From: an uncultured Flavobacteriales bacterium
GTDB taxonomy: Bacteria > Bacteroidota > Bacteroidia > Flavobacteriales_D > Luteibaculaceae
DNA length: 64,000 nt
Direction: 5' to 3'
Assembly: GCA_964390915.1 (NCBI GenBank)
Contig: CAYMJL010000010.1
Coordinates: 5,731-69,730 of the forward strand
Part shown: positions 38,479-50,649 of the stretch, piece after piece
How the letters are laid out: each line of letters starts with the position of its first letter
Position numbering within the stretch: position 1 is the first letter of the stretch
Made by a program: the position numbers and the translations under genes
The notes under the pieces: model-generated
What the model was told of the DNA's origin: nothing
Seen by the model: only the letters and a program-made list of their open reading frames with translations
Databases searched by the model: none

Positions 38479-39909
38479 TTACTGTATAGTTAATTTTTTG
38501 TCCAAATCTTCCAGGTACTTTTTGAACTGCTTATCGGTTTCCGATAGGTTGTTAACCGTACGGCAGGCATGAAGGACAGTGGCGTGATCTTTTCCTCCGC
38601 AATGGGCACCAATGTTGGCCAATGACGATTTGGTCATTTTCTTGGCAAAATACATGGTGATTTGACGAGCTTGAACCACCTCACGCTTACGGGTTTTCGA
38701 TTTCATCAATTCAATAGGTAAATCGAAATAATCGCAAACCACTTTCTGAATGTAATCGATAGAAACCTCGCGAGCCGTGTTTTTAACAAACTTGTCAATC
38801 ATTTGCTTTGCCAAATCGAGCGTTACCGCCTTTTTGTTAAGCGATGATTGCGCAATAAGTGAGATAAGCGCGCCTTCCAGTTCACGAACATTGCTGGTGA
38901 TGCTGTAACCCAAGTATTCTGTTACGTCCTTTGGTAATTCAATACCGTCGGCCTGCATTTTTTTATCCAGAATGGCAATACGAGTATCGAGTCCAGGTGC
39001 TTGCAAATCGGCACTTAAACCCCATTTAAAACGGCTCAACAAGCGTTGTTCCATGCCCTGCATTTCAACCGGAGCCTTGTCTGACGTAAGTACAATTTGT
39101 TTACCGGTTTGGTGAAGGTGGTTGAAAATGTGGAAGAAAATATCCTGTGTTTTTTCTTTTCCGGCAAAAAACTGAACGTCATCAAGAATAAGCACGTCAA
39201 TCATTTGGTAGAAATGACTGAAATCGTTTACGTTATTGCTTTTAATGGCATCGATAAACTGATTGGCAAATTTTTCGGAAGAAACATAAAGAACCGTTTT
39301 GTTCGGAAACTTGTTCTTTATCTCAATTCCAATGGCGTGAGCCAAGTGTGTTTTACCTAAACCAACACCACCATAAATAAGCAATGGGTTAAAAGCGGTG
39401 CCTCCCGGCTTGTTGGCCACTGCATAACCCGCAGAACGTGCCAAGCGGTTGCAATCACCTTCAATAAAATTCTCGAAAGTGTAATTCGGGTTTAAGTTGC
39501 TGTCTACATTAATCTTTCGCAATCCCGGAATAACAAACGGATTTTTAATGGGCGCACGCCCCATGTCAACCGGCATGCTCATTTCTGGATTTTTCACTGC
39601 CCGCTGATTGCTGGTAGGTAGTTTAACCGTATACGGATTAGGATTTCCGTTTACGTTGTCCATAATGATGCTGTATTCCAAGCGACCTTCTTTACCCAGT
39701 TCTTTCTTTATTACACTTTTAATAAGGTCGATGTAGTGCTCTTCCAACCATTCGTAAAAGAAGTTCGAGGGAACTTGAATGGTTAACACGCTGGTACTTA
39801 ATTTCAAGGGTTTAATTGGTTCGAACCAAGTCTTAAAACTTTGCATACTAACATTGTCTTTAATAACATTAAGACAACTGTCCCAAACTTTAAAATGATC
39901 TGACTTCAT
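38479..39909 (-). CDS. dnaA: chromosomal replication initiator protein DnaA
   Basis: 476 aa with Walker A GGVGLGKTHL, Walker B LILDDVQF and the C-terminal DnaA-box binding signature (GGKDHATVLHA). Confidence 0.97.
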   Translation of the reverse strand: MKSDHFKVWDSCLNVIKDNVSMQSFKTWFEPIKPLKLSTSVLTIQVPSNFFYEWLEEHYIDLIKSVIKKELGKEGRLEYSIIMDNVNGNPNPYTVKLPTSNQRAVKNPEMSMPVDMGRAPIKNPFVIPGLRKINVDSNLNPNYTFENFIEGDCNRLARSAGYAVANKPGGTAFNPLLIYGGVGLGKTHLAHAIGIEIKNKFPNKTVLYVSSEKFANQFIDAIKSNNVNDFSHFYQMIDVLILDDVQFFAGKEKTQDIFFHIFNHLHQTGKQIVLTSDKAPVEMQGMEQRLLSRFKWGLSADLQAPGLDTRIAILDKKMQADGIELPKDVTEYLGYSITSNVRELEGALISLIAQSSLNKKAVTLDLAKQMIDKFVKNTAREVSIDYIQKVVCDYFDLPIELMKSKTRKREVVQARQITMYFAKKMTKSSLANIGAHCGGKDHATVLHACRTVNNLSETDKQFKKYLEDLDKKLTIQ

Positions 39910-40435
39910 CGAATTGCAACATTTTTAATTAATACTCTATTTATATCGTAACCCTATTGTTAGGGCATAACTCTTCCATCAAAGGAAATTGGGCAAAAAA
40001 CCGAATAACTCAGTTTTTATCCCGATTTTTAACCCCTTCGCATAACCAATCTGAGAACTTCAAGATTTTTGTTAACAGTGGGATGTTTAACACGCACTGG
40101 ACAAAAGTTTGGATAAAAAAATGAAAAAAAAAATGCCTTGCCTCTTGACTTTAAAAAAAGTTTGGCAATGAGAAGTTAAATACTGCAAATGATAGGATTT
40201 CAAGGCACTTTAACTCGTTATGAATTAACTCTTTGACTCGATTATTTTAACAAAAACTTCCTCTAACTACCCATAACTTAAGACTAACTTTTGGTTAAGT
40301 TTCCATTACCAAGTTGATAATCAGTACTCCGGGAGCAAATGTTGCCAAACCAAACGACCCGGAATGACCAATATTAATTTTTTGAGGTCAAAAAGATAAT
40401 AACAGTCAGAAACTGGATGTTGGTGTACAAGTGGA
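39910..40435. other. candidate oriC region
   Basis: 526-bp AT-rich gene-free gap directly upstream of dnaA. It has an A-tract at 40115-40133. Degenerate DnaA boxes are TTTGGATAA at 40108-40116 (8/9), and TTATCCCGA at 40017-40025 and AGTTGATAA at 40312-40320 (both 7/9). Confidence 0.4.
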
Positions 40436-41038
40436 TTAAACGCGAACAACTTTTAGCCCCTGAATAGTGCTACAATACTGGTAAAATGCACCCGAATTTG
40501 ACTGCGGAACGGCGATACGGAAAAAACAGCCTTCGCTAAACAATTTTTCAACAACCCGCACCTCAAATTGCTTAAAAGTTTTCTCTAGTTCCGCTTGTAA
40601 GCTATAAGGAAAATCGAGCGTAAACTCTTCAGAAATAAGTACTTCTATTACTTGAGCAGCGGTTAAGGCTTCTCGTGTCGCCTCTTTGTAGGCATTAATA
40701 AGTCCGGGAACCCCAAGTTTTGAACCACCGAAATACCTTACCACAACAACCAGCGTATCAAATAGGCCAAACGACAGGAGCTGATTGAAAATCGGTTTTC
40801 CCGCCGAGCCTGATGGTTCCCCGTCGTCATTGGCGCGAAACTGCTGGCCAGTCGGCCCCATCCTGTAGGCAAAACAAAAATGACAAGCTCCCGGGTGGTT
40901 TTTCCGCAACTCGTCAACAAGTGGTTTCACCTCGTTTTCATGGCTAATGGGATAAGCAAGCGCAATGAATTTACTGCCCCGTTCCTTAAACAAACCTTCC
41001 GACTGTTCTTTTATGGTGTGGTAAAAATCGGCACTCAT
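40436..41038 (-). CDS. YigZ / IMPACT-family (UPF0029) protein
   Basis: 200 aa with KGSKF, NHPGACHFCFAY, DDGEPSGSAGKPI and VVVRYFGGSKLG motifs. Confidence 0.85.
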   Translation of the reverse strand: MSADFYHTIKEQSEGLFKERGSKFIALAYPISHENEVKPLVDELRKNHPGACHFCFAYRMGPTGQQFRANDDGEPSGSAGKPIFNQLLSFGLFDTLVVVVRYFGGSKLGVPGLINAYKEATREALTAAQVIEVLISEEFTLDFPYSLQAELEKTFKQFEVRVVEKLFSEGCFFRIAVPQSNSGAFYQYCSTIQGLKVVRV

Positions 41039-41896
41039 TTATATCATCATTAAGCAGATGGCCAAAACAGAGGCCAAAAGTCCCACAAAATTTGCCTTTG
41101 AAATGGTTTCTTTAAACAACAGACGGGCCAACAAAACACTTAGCGCCACAATACCTACATTGTTTAATGGATACAACGTTGATGCTTCAAGGCCGCTGTG
41201 TGCCAATGCTTCGTATAAAAAGAACAGCGAATAATAATTAAAAACACCCAGACTTATGCCCAAAAGGAGACTAACACCGGACACCTGTTTTAATAAACCA
41301 CGTTCAAAAAGCAACAGGTAAATAAGTCCTGTAGAACCGGCAACTAAAAACAAGGTAGCCGGCATAGCGTCAAACCAGATATGACCGCCGTAAATGACCT
41401 GCGAATAATTGATAAGCAAATCGACCAAGCCACAGCCTAAGAAAAGCAGTACAGGCAACCAAAAGCTGGCTTTCTGAGTAGTAGCATCTTTTTTAACCGA
41501 GGTAAGAAAAACCGCCACCAAGGCAATAACAATTCCGGCAGCTTTATATACCGTAAATGATTCTTTGAAATAAACCAAAGCAAATACAACAGGAACAACC
41601 ATCGACATTTTGCTTACCACCGCAGCCACATTCACTCCTAATTTTTGAGTGGTTTTTCCCATTAGGTTGAAGGTAAAAACAAAGCAACACCCTAAAATAA
41701 GGGCTAGCGGAAGCCATTCGCAGTGTATTAATTCAACGGGTGAAATAGGCTTGCTGCTGGTAACAAAACCAACCGTTGCCGCCGAAAAGTAGTTGATGAC
41801 AATGGTTAAAAGTGGTGGGATTCCGTATCGTTTCTGGAAGGAAAAAACCAGGTATAACGAAGAGGCAAAGAATATGCTTAACGCCAGAAAAATCAT
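41039..41896 (-). CDS. DMT/EamA-like membrane transporter
   Basis: 285 aa with about 10 hydrophobic helices. The gene abuts its neighbours with 0-4 nt spacing. Confidence 0.6.
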   Translation of the reverse strand: MIFLALSIFFASSLYLVFSFQKRYGIPPLLTIVINYFSAATVGFVTSSKPISPVELIHCEWLPLALILGCCFVFTFNLMGKTTQKLGVNVAAVVSKMSMVVPVVFALVYFKESFTVYKAAGIVIALVAVFLTSVKKDATTQKASFWLPVLLFLGCGLVDLLINYSQVIYGGHIWFDAMPATLFLVAGSTGLIYLLLFERGLLKQVSGVSLLLGISLGVFNYYSLFFLYEALAHSGLEASTLYPLNNVGIVALSVLLARLLFKETISKANFVGLLASVLAICLMMI

Positions 41897-42873
41897 GCCT
41901 TTTCAAAAATTCGTAAGGTATCGCTATTTAATAGTTGCTGGCTGTTGACCAACTTGGAACTGCTAAGTTGTGGTGCGAACAAACCTTCGCCAAACGATAC
42001 GTTTCCGGTTAACACGCGTGCTTCATCCCAGTAACCCGATTCAATAAAATGAGTCAATGTTTTGGCTCCTCCTTCAATCAAAATGGACTGTATGCCTTTT
42101 AGGAAACATTCATCCAGAAGAGCGGGCAATGTACCCTGAAACAACAAATCGTCTGCATGAATTTCAGGTTCAATTGGTTGAGTTAAATTTTGACTTAACC
42201 AAATGATACGCTTTGGTGATTTTCCTGCAAAAGCCCGGGCGGTAAGTGATGGTCTATCGGTGTGCCAGGTATTATATCCCACTAAAATGGCCGATTCCTC
42301 GGTACGCCATTTATGCACCAATTGCTGCGTGCTGGGCGCGGTAATCCAGTTGATGCCTTTGCTGTTGCTGGTTCTAATTTTGTCAACATAGCCATCACTG
42401 GTTTCGGCCCACTTTAAAATAAGGTAGGGGCGTTTCAATTTATGGAAGGTGAAAAAACGCTTATTGAGCGCCAATGCTTGTGCTTTCAAGACGTCAACTT
42501 GCACGTCAACTCCGGCTTGTTGTAGTTTCTGAATTCCTTTTCCGGCTACTTCGCTAAAAATGTCGGTGCAGCCGATAACTACCCGCGGAATCTTATGTTT
42601 AATGATTAAATCGGAGCAAGGAGGTGTTTTGCCAAAATGGGCACAGGGTTCTAAATTAACGTATAACGTGGCCTGAGGCAGTAGGCTTTTATCCTTTACC
42701 GAATTTATGGCATTCACCTCGGCATGCGCCTGGCCGTATTCTTGATGAAAGCCTTCGCCAATTATTTGCCCGTTGTAAACGATTATGCTACCCACCAAAG
42801 GATTTGGAAAAGCAAGTGGCAAACCCTGCGCAGCCAATTGAAGGCAGCGCTGCATATAGTGTTCGTGGTGCAT
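41893..42873 (-). CDS. ribD: bifunctional riboflavin biosynthesis deaminase/reductase RibD
   Basis: 326 aa with zinc-deaminase motifs HAEVNA and PCAHFGKTPPC, plus a C-terminal reductase domain. Confidence 0.92.
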   Translation of the reverse strand: MHHEHYMQRCLQLAAQGLPLAFPNPLVGSIIVYNGQIIGEGFHQEYGQAHAEVNAINSVKDKSLLPQATLYVNLEPCAHFGKTPPCSDLIIKHKIPRVVIGCTDIFSEVAGKGIQKLQQAGVDVQVDVLKAQALALNKRFFTFHKLKRPYLILKWAETSDGYVDKIRTSNSKGINWITAPSTQQLVHKWRTEESAILVGYNTWHTDRPSLTARAFAGKSPKRIIWLSQNLTQPIEPEIHADDLLFQGTLPALLDECFLKGIQSILIEGGAKTLTHFIESGYWDEARVLTGNVSFGEGLFAPQLSSSKLVNSQQLLNSDTLRIFEKA

Positions 42874-42935
42874 TAGGATGCAAAGTAACCCATTTTAAAG
42901 AATTTCACGGCAGGTTTCCTTTAATTTGCAGCCAA

Positions 42936-43796
42936 ATGAAAGTACCCGATAATACGTTAAATGCACTGCGCAGCTTTTACCACAGCGAGTTAAGCGCTTT
43001 TTATGAGGAGCGCGAGGCAAAGCAAATGTTTAAACTGGCATGTGAAAGCTACCTTGGCTTGCCTTTTAATCGACCGGTGTTGGGCGATTTGCGAATTTCG
43101 GAAAGCGAAATGCTACTGTTTTTTGGCTTAATAAAACGCTTGAAAAAGAACGAACCGCTGCAATATATTTTGGGTGAAGCTTTTTTTTGCGAATTGAAAT
43201 TGAAGGTTAGTCCGGCAGTGCTGATTCCTCGTCCAGAAACTGAGGAGTTGGTGCAATGGGTCATTAGCGATTTTCCAACTGCTACTAAAATAGTCGATTT
43301 GTGTGCCGGCAGTGGTTGCATTCCCCTGGCCTTGAAAGCACATTATAAAAATGCGCAAGTCACCGGTGTTGAGCTAAGTCCACCAGCTGTTGAAATTGCC
43401 AGAGAAAATAGTCAACAATTACAGTTGGAAGTTGAATTTGTTACTGCTGATGTGTTAACACTTGCCTCAGATACGCTTGAAAACGGTATAGATATTCTAA
43501 CCTCCAATCCGCCCTATATTCTTCACGAAGAGAGCAGTGAACTGCATCCAAATGTATTGACCTACGAGCCTCATTTAGCGTTATTTGCCCCCAAAGGAGA
43601 GGGTTTTGTTTTTTACAAAAAAATAGCGCAATTGGCTGCCCAGGTGCTTAAACCGGGTGGGAAGGTTTATGTGGAAATTCATCATTTGCATGCCCCAGAG
43701 GTAAGCGAAATTTTTTCGGAGGCCGGTCTTACCGAAATAACCGTAAAACACGATATTAGCAACCGTGCCCGAATGATTAGGGCCACCCGCCAATAA
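42936..43796 (+). CDS. prmC: peptide chain release factor N5-glutamine methyltransferase
   Basis: SAM motif DLCAGSGCI and catalytic NPPY (TSNPPYI). I chose the ATG at 42936 because the longer ORF from 42804 would overlap ribD. Confidence 0.88.
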   Translation: MKVPDNTLNALRSFYHSELSAFYEEREAKQMFKLACESYLGLPFNRPVLGDLRISESEMLLFFGLIKRLKKNEPLQYILGEAFFCELKLKVSPAVLIPRPETEELVQWVISDFPTATKIVDLCAGSGCIPLALKAHYKNAQVTGVELSPPAVEIARENSQQLQLEVEFVTADVLTLASDTLENGIDILTSNPPYILHEESSELHPNVLTYEPHLALFAPKGEGFVFYKKIAQLAAQVLKPGGKVYVEIHHLHAPEVSEIFSEAGLTEITVKHDISNRARMIRATRQ

Positions 43797-46352
<2,556 letters not shown>

Positions 46353-46360
<8 letters not shown>

Positions 46361-47243
46361 CACAGCTTTTTCTGGATTGGGAGTTGCCATGGTAACCCCG
46401 TTTTTAGCCGATGGAAAAATTGATTTCAAAGGCTTAGAGAGATTAACCAATCATTTAATTTCTGGTGGGGTTAATTACCTTGTGGTTCAAGGAACTACCG
46501 GCGAAAACGTAACACTTAGCGAATCGGAAAAACTAGAGGTGGTTAACTTTGTTATTGAAGTAAATAAAGGCCGCATTCCAGTAGTGTTGGGAGTAGGTGG
46601 TAACAATACCCAAGAAATTGTTGCCAAACTAAGCAAAGGTTTACCGGCCGGTGTTGACGGTATTTTGTCCGTAAGTCCGTATTACAACAAACCAACGCAA
46701 GAAGGTATTTATCAGCATTTTAAAGCTATTTTGGAAGCTACCAAGTTGCCGGTAATTCTTTACAACGTGCCGGGTAGAACCGGTAGCAACATGGCGGTAA
46801 GTACCACTTTGCGCATAGCCAACGATTTTAAAAACGCAGTTGCTATAAAAGAAGCCAGCGGAAACGTAGAGCAAATTATGCAGCTTATAAAAATGAAACC
46901 CGCCGGATTTGAGATTATTTCGGGTGACGATGGCATTACTTTGCCATTAATGGCTGCAGGAGCTATTGGGGTAATTTCGGTGATTGGAAATGCTTTTCCA
47001 CAACAATTCTCGGCAATGGTCAATGCGTGTTCAACCGCTAATTTTGCTGCGGCCAGAACCCTTCATTACCAGTTGTTTGATGTGTACAATGCCTTGTTTG
47101 AAGAAGGGAACCCGGGCGGAGTAAAAGAAATTCTTAAACACCTGAACATCATTGACCACCACATGCGTTTGCCATTGGTGCCGGTTAGCGAAGCACATAG
47201 CCAAAAACTGTACAAGCTTATTGCTGAAAACGGCTTGAATTAA
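46353..47243 (+). CDS. dapA: 4-hydroxy-tetrahydrodipicolinate synthase
   Basis: 296 aa with GTTGE, YNVPGRTG and the active-site lysine context AIKEASG. Confidence 0.93.
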
Positions 47244-48238
47244 GGCATTTGCAATTCAATAAACACGGGTAAATGGTCGCTGTAACCACCGTGATATTGT
47301 TTGCCCGAGTACGTGCGGGCCAAGCTTTTTGTTCCTTGTTTATTCGTATAAAATAACGGGTTGTATTCGGTGTGAATGGCAACCCGTTTTACTTTTAGAA
47401 AACCGGCTTTGTTCAGGTTTTTAGAAACCACCACATTGTCCAGCATTTCCCAGTTATTTTTGTAGAAATAACTACCACCGCCCAATTTCTGAATGGGATA
47501 ACTTAGGTTTTGCAAGCGCGATTTCCCATTCGTCAAAGTATCTGCGCCCAAATAAAAGGTTAAGCTACTATCGCTGGGCGTATCGTTAAAATCGCCAATG
47601 ATAATTTGCGGGATATTGGGTGAAAGTTGATAGAGCGAATCGCACAGGTGGCGCACTTTTTTGGCTACCGCATACCGGTTGACGGCCGATTTTTCTTTGC
47701 CTCCTAATCGTGATGGCCAGTGGTTCACCAAAATGTAAAGTGGGTACTTATGATCCAATTGAACCTTGGCGAGCAAAATATCGCGGGTACTGGGTTCTTT
47801 GTGGTTGGGTAATAAAACCTGCGTAAACGAAACCTTTTCAACACTTATGCGGTCTTTGCGGTAAATGGCGGCACAATCAATACCGCGTTTGTCAGGGCTA
47901 TTCTGGTGCAGCACGGCATAATGGCCTTTTTTCAAGGGGTTTTGATTGATTAAATCGTTAACAACCAGTCGGTTTTCCACCTCGCAAAGTCCTACAAAAA
48001 TGGGCAGGTTATCGTTGTCAATGCTCGAAATAGCCTCGGCAATGTGCTGTAGTTTCAGCTGGTAGCGGGTGGAGTTCCATTTTTTGGCCGATTTGGGTAA
48101 AAACTCATTGTCCTGCTTGTGTGGGTCGTCAACGGTGTCGAACAAATTTTCGACATTATAAAACGCAACAATTCCGGTGCTTTGCGAAGTTCCAATGACC
48201 GAAATTAAGACGCAGAAAACAGTGAAAAAATTTCTCAT
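47240..48238 (-). CDS. endonuclease/exonuclease/phosphatase (EEP) family protein
   Basis: Signal peptide from the ATG at 48238, with EEP motifs NVENLFD, GLCEVEN, GDFND and SDHLPV. Confidence 0.8.
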   Translation of the reverse strand: MRNFFTVFCVLISVIGTSQSTGIVAFYNVENLFDTVDDPHKQDNEFLPKSAKKWNSTRYQLKLQHIAEAISSIDNDNLPIFVGLCEVENRLVVNDLINQNPLKKGHYAVLHQNSPDKRGIDCAAIYRKDRISVEKVSFTQVLLPNHKEPSTRDILLAKVQLDHKYPLYILVNHWPSRLGGKEKSAVNRYAVAKKVRHLCDSLYQLSPNIPQIIIGDFNDTPSDSSLTFYLGADTLTNGKSRLQNLSYPIQKLGGGSYFYKNNWEMLDNVVVSKNLNKAGFLKVKRVAIHTEYNPLFYTNKQGTKSLARTYSGKQYHGGYSDHLPVFIELQMP

Positions 48239-48239
48239 C

Positions 48240-48794
48240 TTAAAGTTTACCTTGTTGTTGCAACACATAAGCCTTTAACGTTCCAGCCACGGCAAGACTG
48301 TCAGTAATTTCTCCGTTCATCACCATTTCGACCAGTTTGGCAAAGGGAATTTTTTTTACTTCCAGCAATTCTGTGTCCTCCGGTTCGGCAGCATGTTGCG
48401 TTAATCCTTTGGCAACGTAGATAATCCCGCGCTCATCGCTTACCGAATTGCTAAGGTATATGTCCAATATTTTAGTCCAGTTTTCGGCCTTTAATCCACA
48501 TTCTTCCAGTAATTCACGTTTCGCCGAATCTAAAGGGTCAACACCTAATTTTCCGCCACCTTCGGGAATTTCCCAGCTGTAAGTTTCTAGTGGGTATCGG
48601 TACTGGCCAACAATCCACGTGTTCATGTCATCATCGAGCGCAATAATGCCAATGGCCAGGTTTTTAAAATGAATTTTACCGTAAATGCCCGGATTTCCAT
48701 TGGGGTTTAACACCTCTTGGTGGTGCACCCTAATCCAAGAATTTTCGTATGTTATGGTATCGCTTAGCTGTTTCCAGGGGCCAATTTCCTTCAC
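48240..48794 (-). CDS. NUDIX hydrolase (ADP-ribose pyrophosphatase-like)
   Basis: 184 aa with Nudix box GGGKLGVDPLDSAKRELLEECG. Confidence 0.85.
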   Translation of the reverse strand: MKEIGPWKQLSDTITYENSWIRVHHQEVLNPNGNPGIYGKIHFKNLAIGIIALDDDMNTWIVGQYRYPLETYSWEIPEGGGKLGVDPLDSAKRELLEECGLKAENWTKILDIYLSNSVSDERGIIYVAKGLTQHAAEPEDTELLEVKKIPFAKLVEMVMNGEITDSLAVAGTLKAYVLQQQGKL

Positions 48795-48875
48795 GTCAAA
48801 AAAAGATTTGCCACAAAACTAAACCAAATGCCGATGTGGGGTAAATTTGCCGCACATTGTTCAAAACGTTTAGGT

Positions 48876-49451
48876 ATGAGTTTCAGTAAAGGCGATAAGG
48901 TTATTTTTATAAACGACACCGGCCGCGGAAGGGTGTTGGAAGTATTGCCAAATGGCGATTTGAAGGTAGAGGACGAAAACGGTTTTGACTACGTGGTGAA
49001 AGCCACTGCGGTGATGAAGGAACAAGGAAACCTGAATAAGGTTGTCGACAATATTGACGAGTACGATGTGCAAATTGCGGCCAATAAAGACCAGCCTAAG
49101 CTGAGTAAACTAGAAAGGCAAGTAATTAATTCAGAACCATTTAGTAAATATTCTCCCGATACGCTGGAAGTCGATTTACACATTGAAAACCTGGTTGACC
49201 ATCCTAAAAAACTGAGCAACGGCGAAATAGTAGAAGTGCAACTAAAGGTTTTTGAACGCATGTTGCGCAAAGCCATTGAACAACGCAAACGCCGGGCTAT
49301 ATTTATTCATGGCGTAGGGCAGGGGGTACTGCGCACCGAGATAAGAAACCTGTTGGCTTATTATCCAAACGTGCTGTTTCAAGATGCGTCTTACAAAACC
49401 TATGGTTATGGCGCTACCGAGGTGCTGATAAAGCAGGGAAGTGGGTATTGA
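48876..49451 (+). CDS. Smr-domain protein
   Basis: C-terminal Smr-like block (VDLHIE...IHGVGQGVLRTEIRNLL). The start is set at the ATG at 48876. Confidence 0.72.
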   Translation: MSFSKGDKVIFINDTGRGRVLEVLPNGDLKVEDENGFDYVVKATAVMKEQGNLNKVVDNIDEYDVQIAANKDQPKLSKLERQVINSEPFSKYSPDTLEVDLHIENLVDHPKKLSNGEIVEVQLKVFERMLRKAIEQRKRRAIFIHGVGQGVLRTEIRNLLAYYPNVLFQDASYKTYGYGATEVLIKQGSGY

Positions 49452-49551
49452 GGTGACTTAAGTTTTACCTTATTTAAGTTTCCTGATTTCCACTTAATGT
49501 TTTAAGACGAAAAGCATGGCGTCAAAAAGTTAAGAAAACATCTTTTTTGTT

Positions 49552-49573
49552 TCCACTTTTTTGAAAAAGTGGA
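49552..49573. repeat. 22-bp AT-rich perfect palindrome
   Basis: TCCACTTTTT-TG-AAAAAGTGGA. A third TTCCAC copy lies at about 49488. Confidence 0.6.
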
Positions 49574-49583
49574 GCAAAAACTT

Positions 49584-49770
49584 GTCACCGGAAAGCGCGA
49601 GGAAGCCAGTTACCTTTTCCTTCGTCTTTTGTGAAGAACCTATGGAGCGCTGTAAATTTTCGCGACATTTCTCCCTGCAATAATCGGCATCCCATTTAGC
49701 GAAAATTTAAGGCGCTTCTGCCCATCCAAAGGTTCTCAAGAATAGTTCTTCACATTGGCGCTCCGGTGAC
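49584..49770. ncRNA. candidate structured RNA or MITE-like nested inverted repeat (unclassified)
   Basis: Nested complementary segments are 49584-91/49763-70, 49595-98/49758-61, 49631-39/49745-53, 49644-50/49712-18 and 49653-63/49699-709. They enclose a 35-nt apical loop. There is no ORF here. Confidence 0.3.
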
Positions 49771-49948
49771 GGGGCTTCGTATTAATGCAGCAGGACAATA
49801 ACCGCCGAGGTGCAGATGGACCTTACAGTATTATGGGTTTTACGGATTTTTCTTGCCTATCAAAATTAAGTTAACAAAGGCTTAATGACATAAAGTCATG
49901 GCTTTTGCACTATTTTATTAGCTTTAACCATTGTTAAAACACCTCATC

Positions 49949-50575
49949 ATGAAAAAGCTAATAACCGTTTTTCTTATTGTCTTGTTTTCTGGGTGGATAC
50001 CCGTTTCGTGTACAAAGAATTCTGATGCAGAGTGTTACGGCCTGACAAAGACCAAAGATTTTCACATAAAATCGCTGGCTATTAAAACGGTAGATGCTGC
50101 AGGAAACATGAGGAGCTCAAGCGAAACATATCCGGTAGACAGTATATTCCTGGCTATTTATCCCGATAAAACAGAGTCAATTGCGGCAGCCAAGCTATCC
50201 AGCTTTTTTCCTTCAGGATTTTCGAATTTGGCCATGGCTTGCTCACCAGCCACACCGGTCGCGCTAGAAAAGTTGTCCCAACTTGATATTATAGCCACCG
50301 AAAATTTTGTATGGAACAATCCAATGGATTCAATCAATGCAGGAGATACAATTACAAACCTTTTTCTGGTTGCTATAAAAAGTTATGGGGCACCCTCATT
50401 TGAACCAATCAATGAGTTTTTTCAGCACCAAGACCGGCTTGACGATAACGATAAGTTTTGGCTAAAACTTGCTACAACACCGCAAATGACTACTAGCCTA
50501 AAGTTCGAAATCAATATCCAATTAACTGATTCTGCTAGATTCAGCTTTAATGACCTGGAACTAAACGTCAATTAA
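49949..50575 (+). CDS. hypothetical lipoprotein
   Basis: The ATG at 49949 gives MKKLITVFLIVLFSGWIPVSC, a signal peptide with a lipobox Cys. No family recognised. Confidence 0.55.
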   Translation: MKKLITVFLIVLFSGWIPVSCTKNSDAECYGLTKTKDFHIKSLAIKTVDAAGNMRSSSETYPVDSIFLAIYPDKTESIAAAKLSSFFPSGFSNLAMACSPATPVALEKLSQLDIIATENFVWNNPMDSINAGDTITNLFLVAIKSYGAPSFEPINEFFQHQDRLDDNDKFWLKLATTPQMTTSLKFEINIQLTDSARFSFNDLELNVN

Positions 50576-50591
50576 TTCTCAAATCTAAGGC

Positions 50592-50630
50592 AAAAAAAAT
50601 CCCGATTCAGCTAGTGAAACGGGATTTTTG
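50592..50630. terminator. bidirectional terminator between convergent genes
   Basis: AAAAATCCCG-(15 nt)-CGGGATTTTT, with A- and T-runs on either side. Confidence 0.62.
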
Positions 50631-50649
50631 GTATCGTGTTTTGGAAAAA

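Noticed and set aside
42804-42935. N-terminal 44-aa extension of the prmC ORF.
   Set aside because: It would overlap the ribD 5' end by 70 nt on the opposite strand. The extension has no PrmC similarity, and the ATG at 42936 gives a normal-length PrmC.
49452-49930. RNase P RNA, tmRNA, SRP RNA or a cobalamin riboswitch.
   Set aside because: The minus strand has GCTCCATAGG, as in the RNase P CR-I neighbourhood, but lacks GAGGAAAGTCCGG and the other conserved regions. There is no tRNA-like 3' end or ANDENYALAA-type tag frame for tmRNA. CCGGAAAGCGCGAGGAAGCCAG only superficially resembles the SRP GGAA-tetraloop/AGCAGCC motif. AAGCCAGTTACC resembles a B12 box, but the other cobalamin-riboswitch cores are absent.
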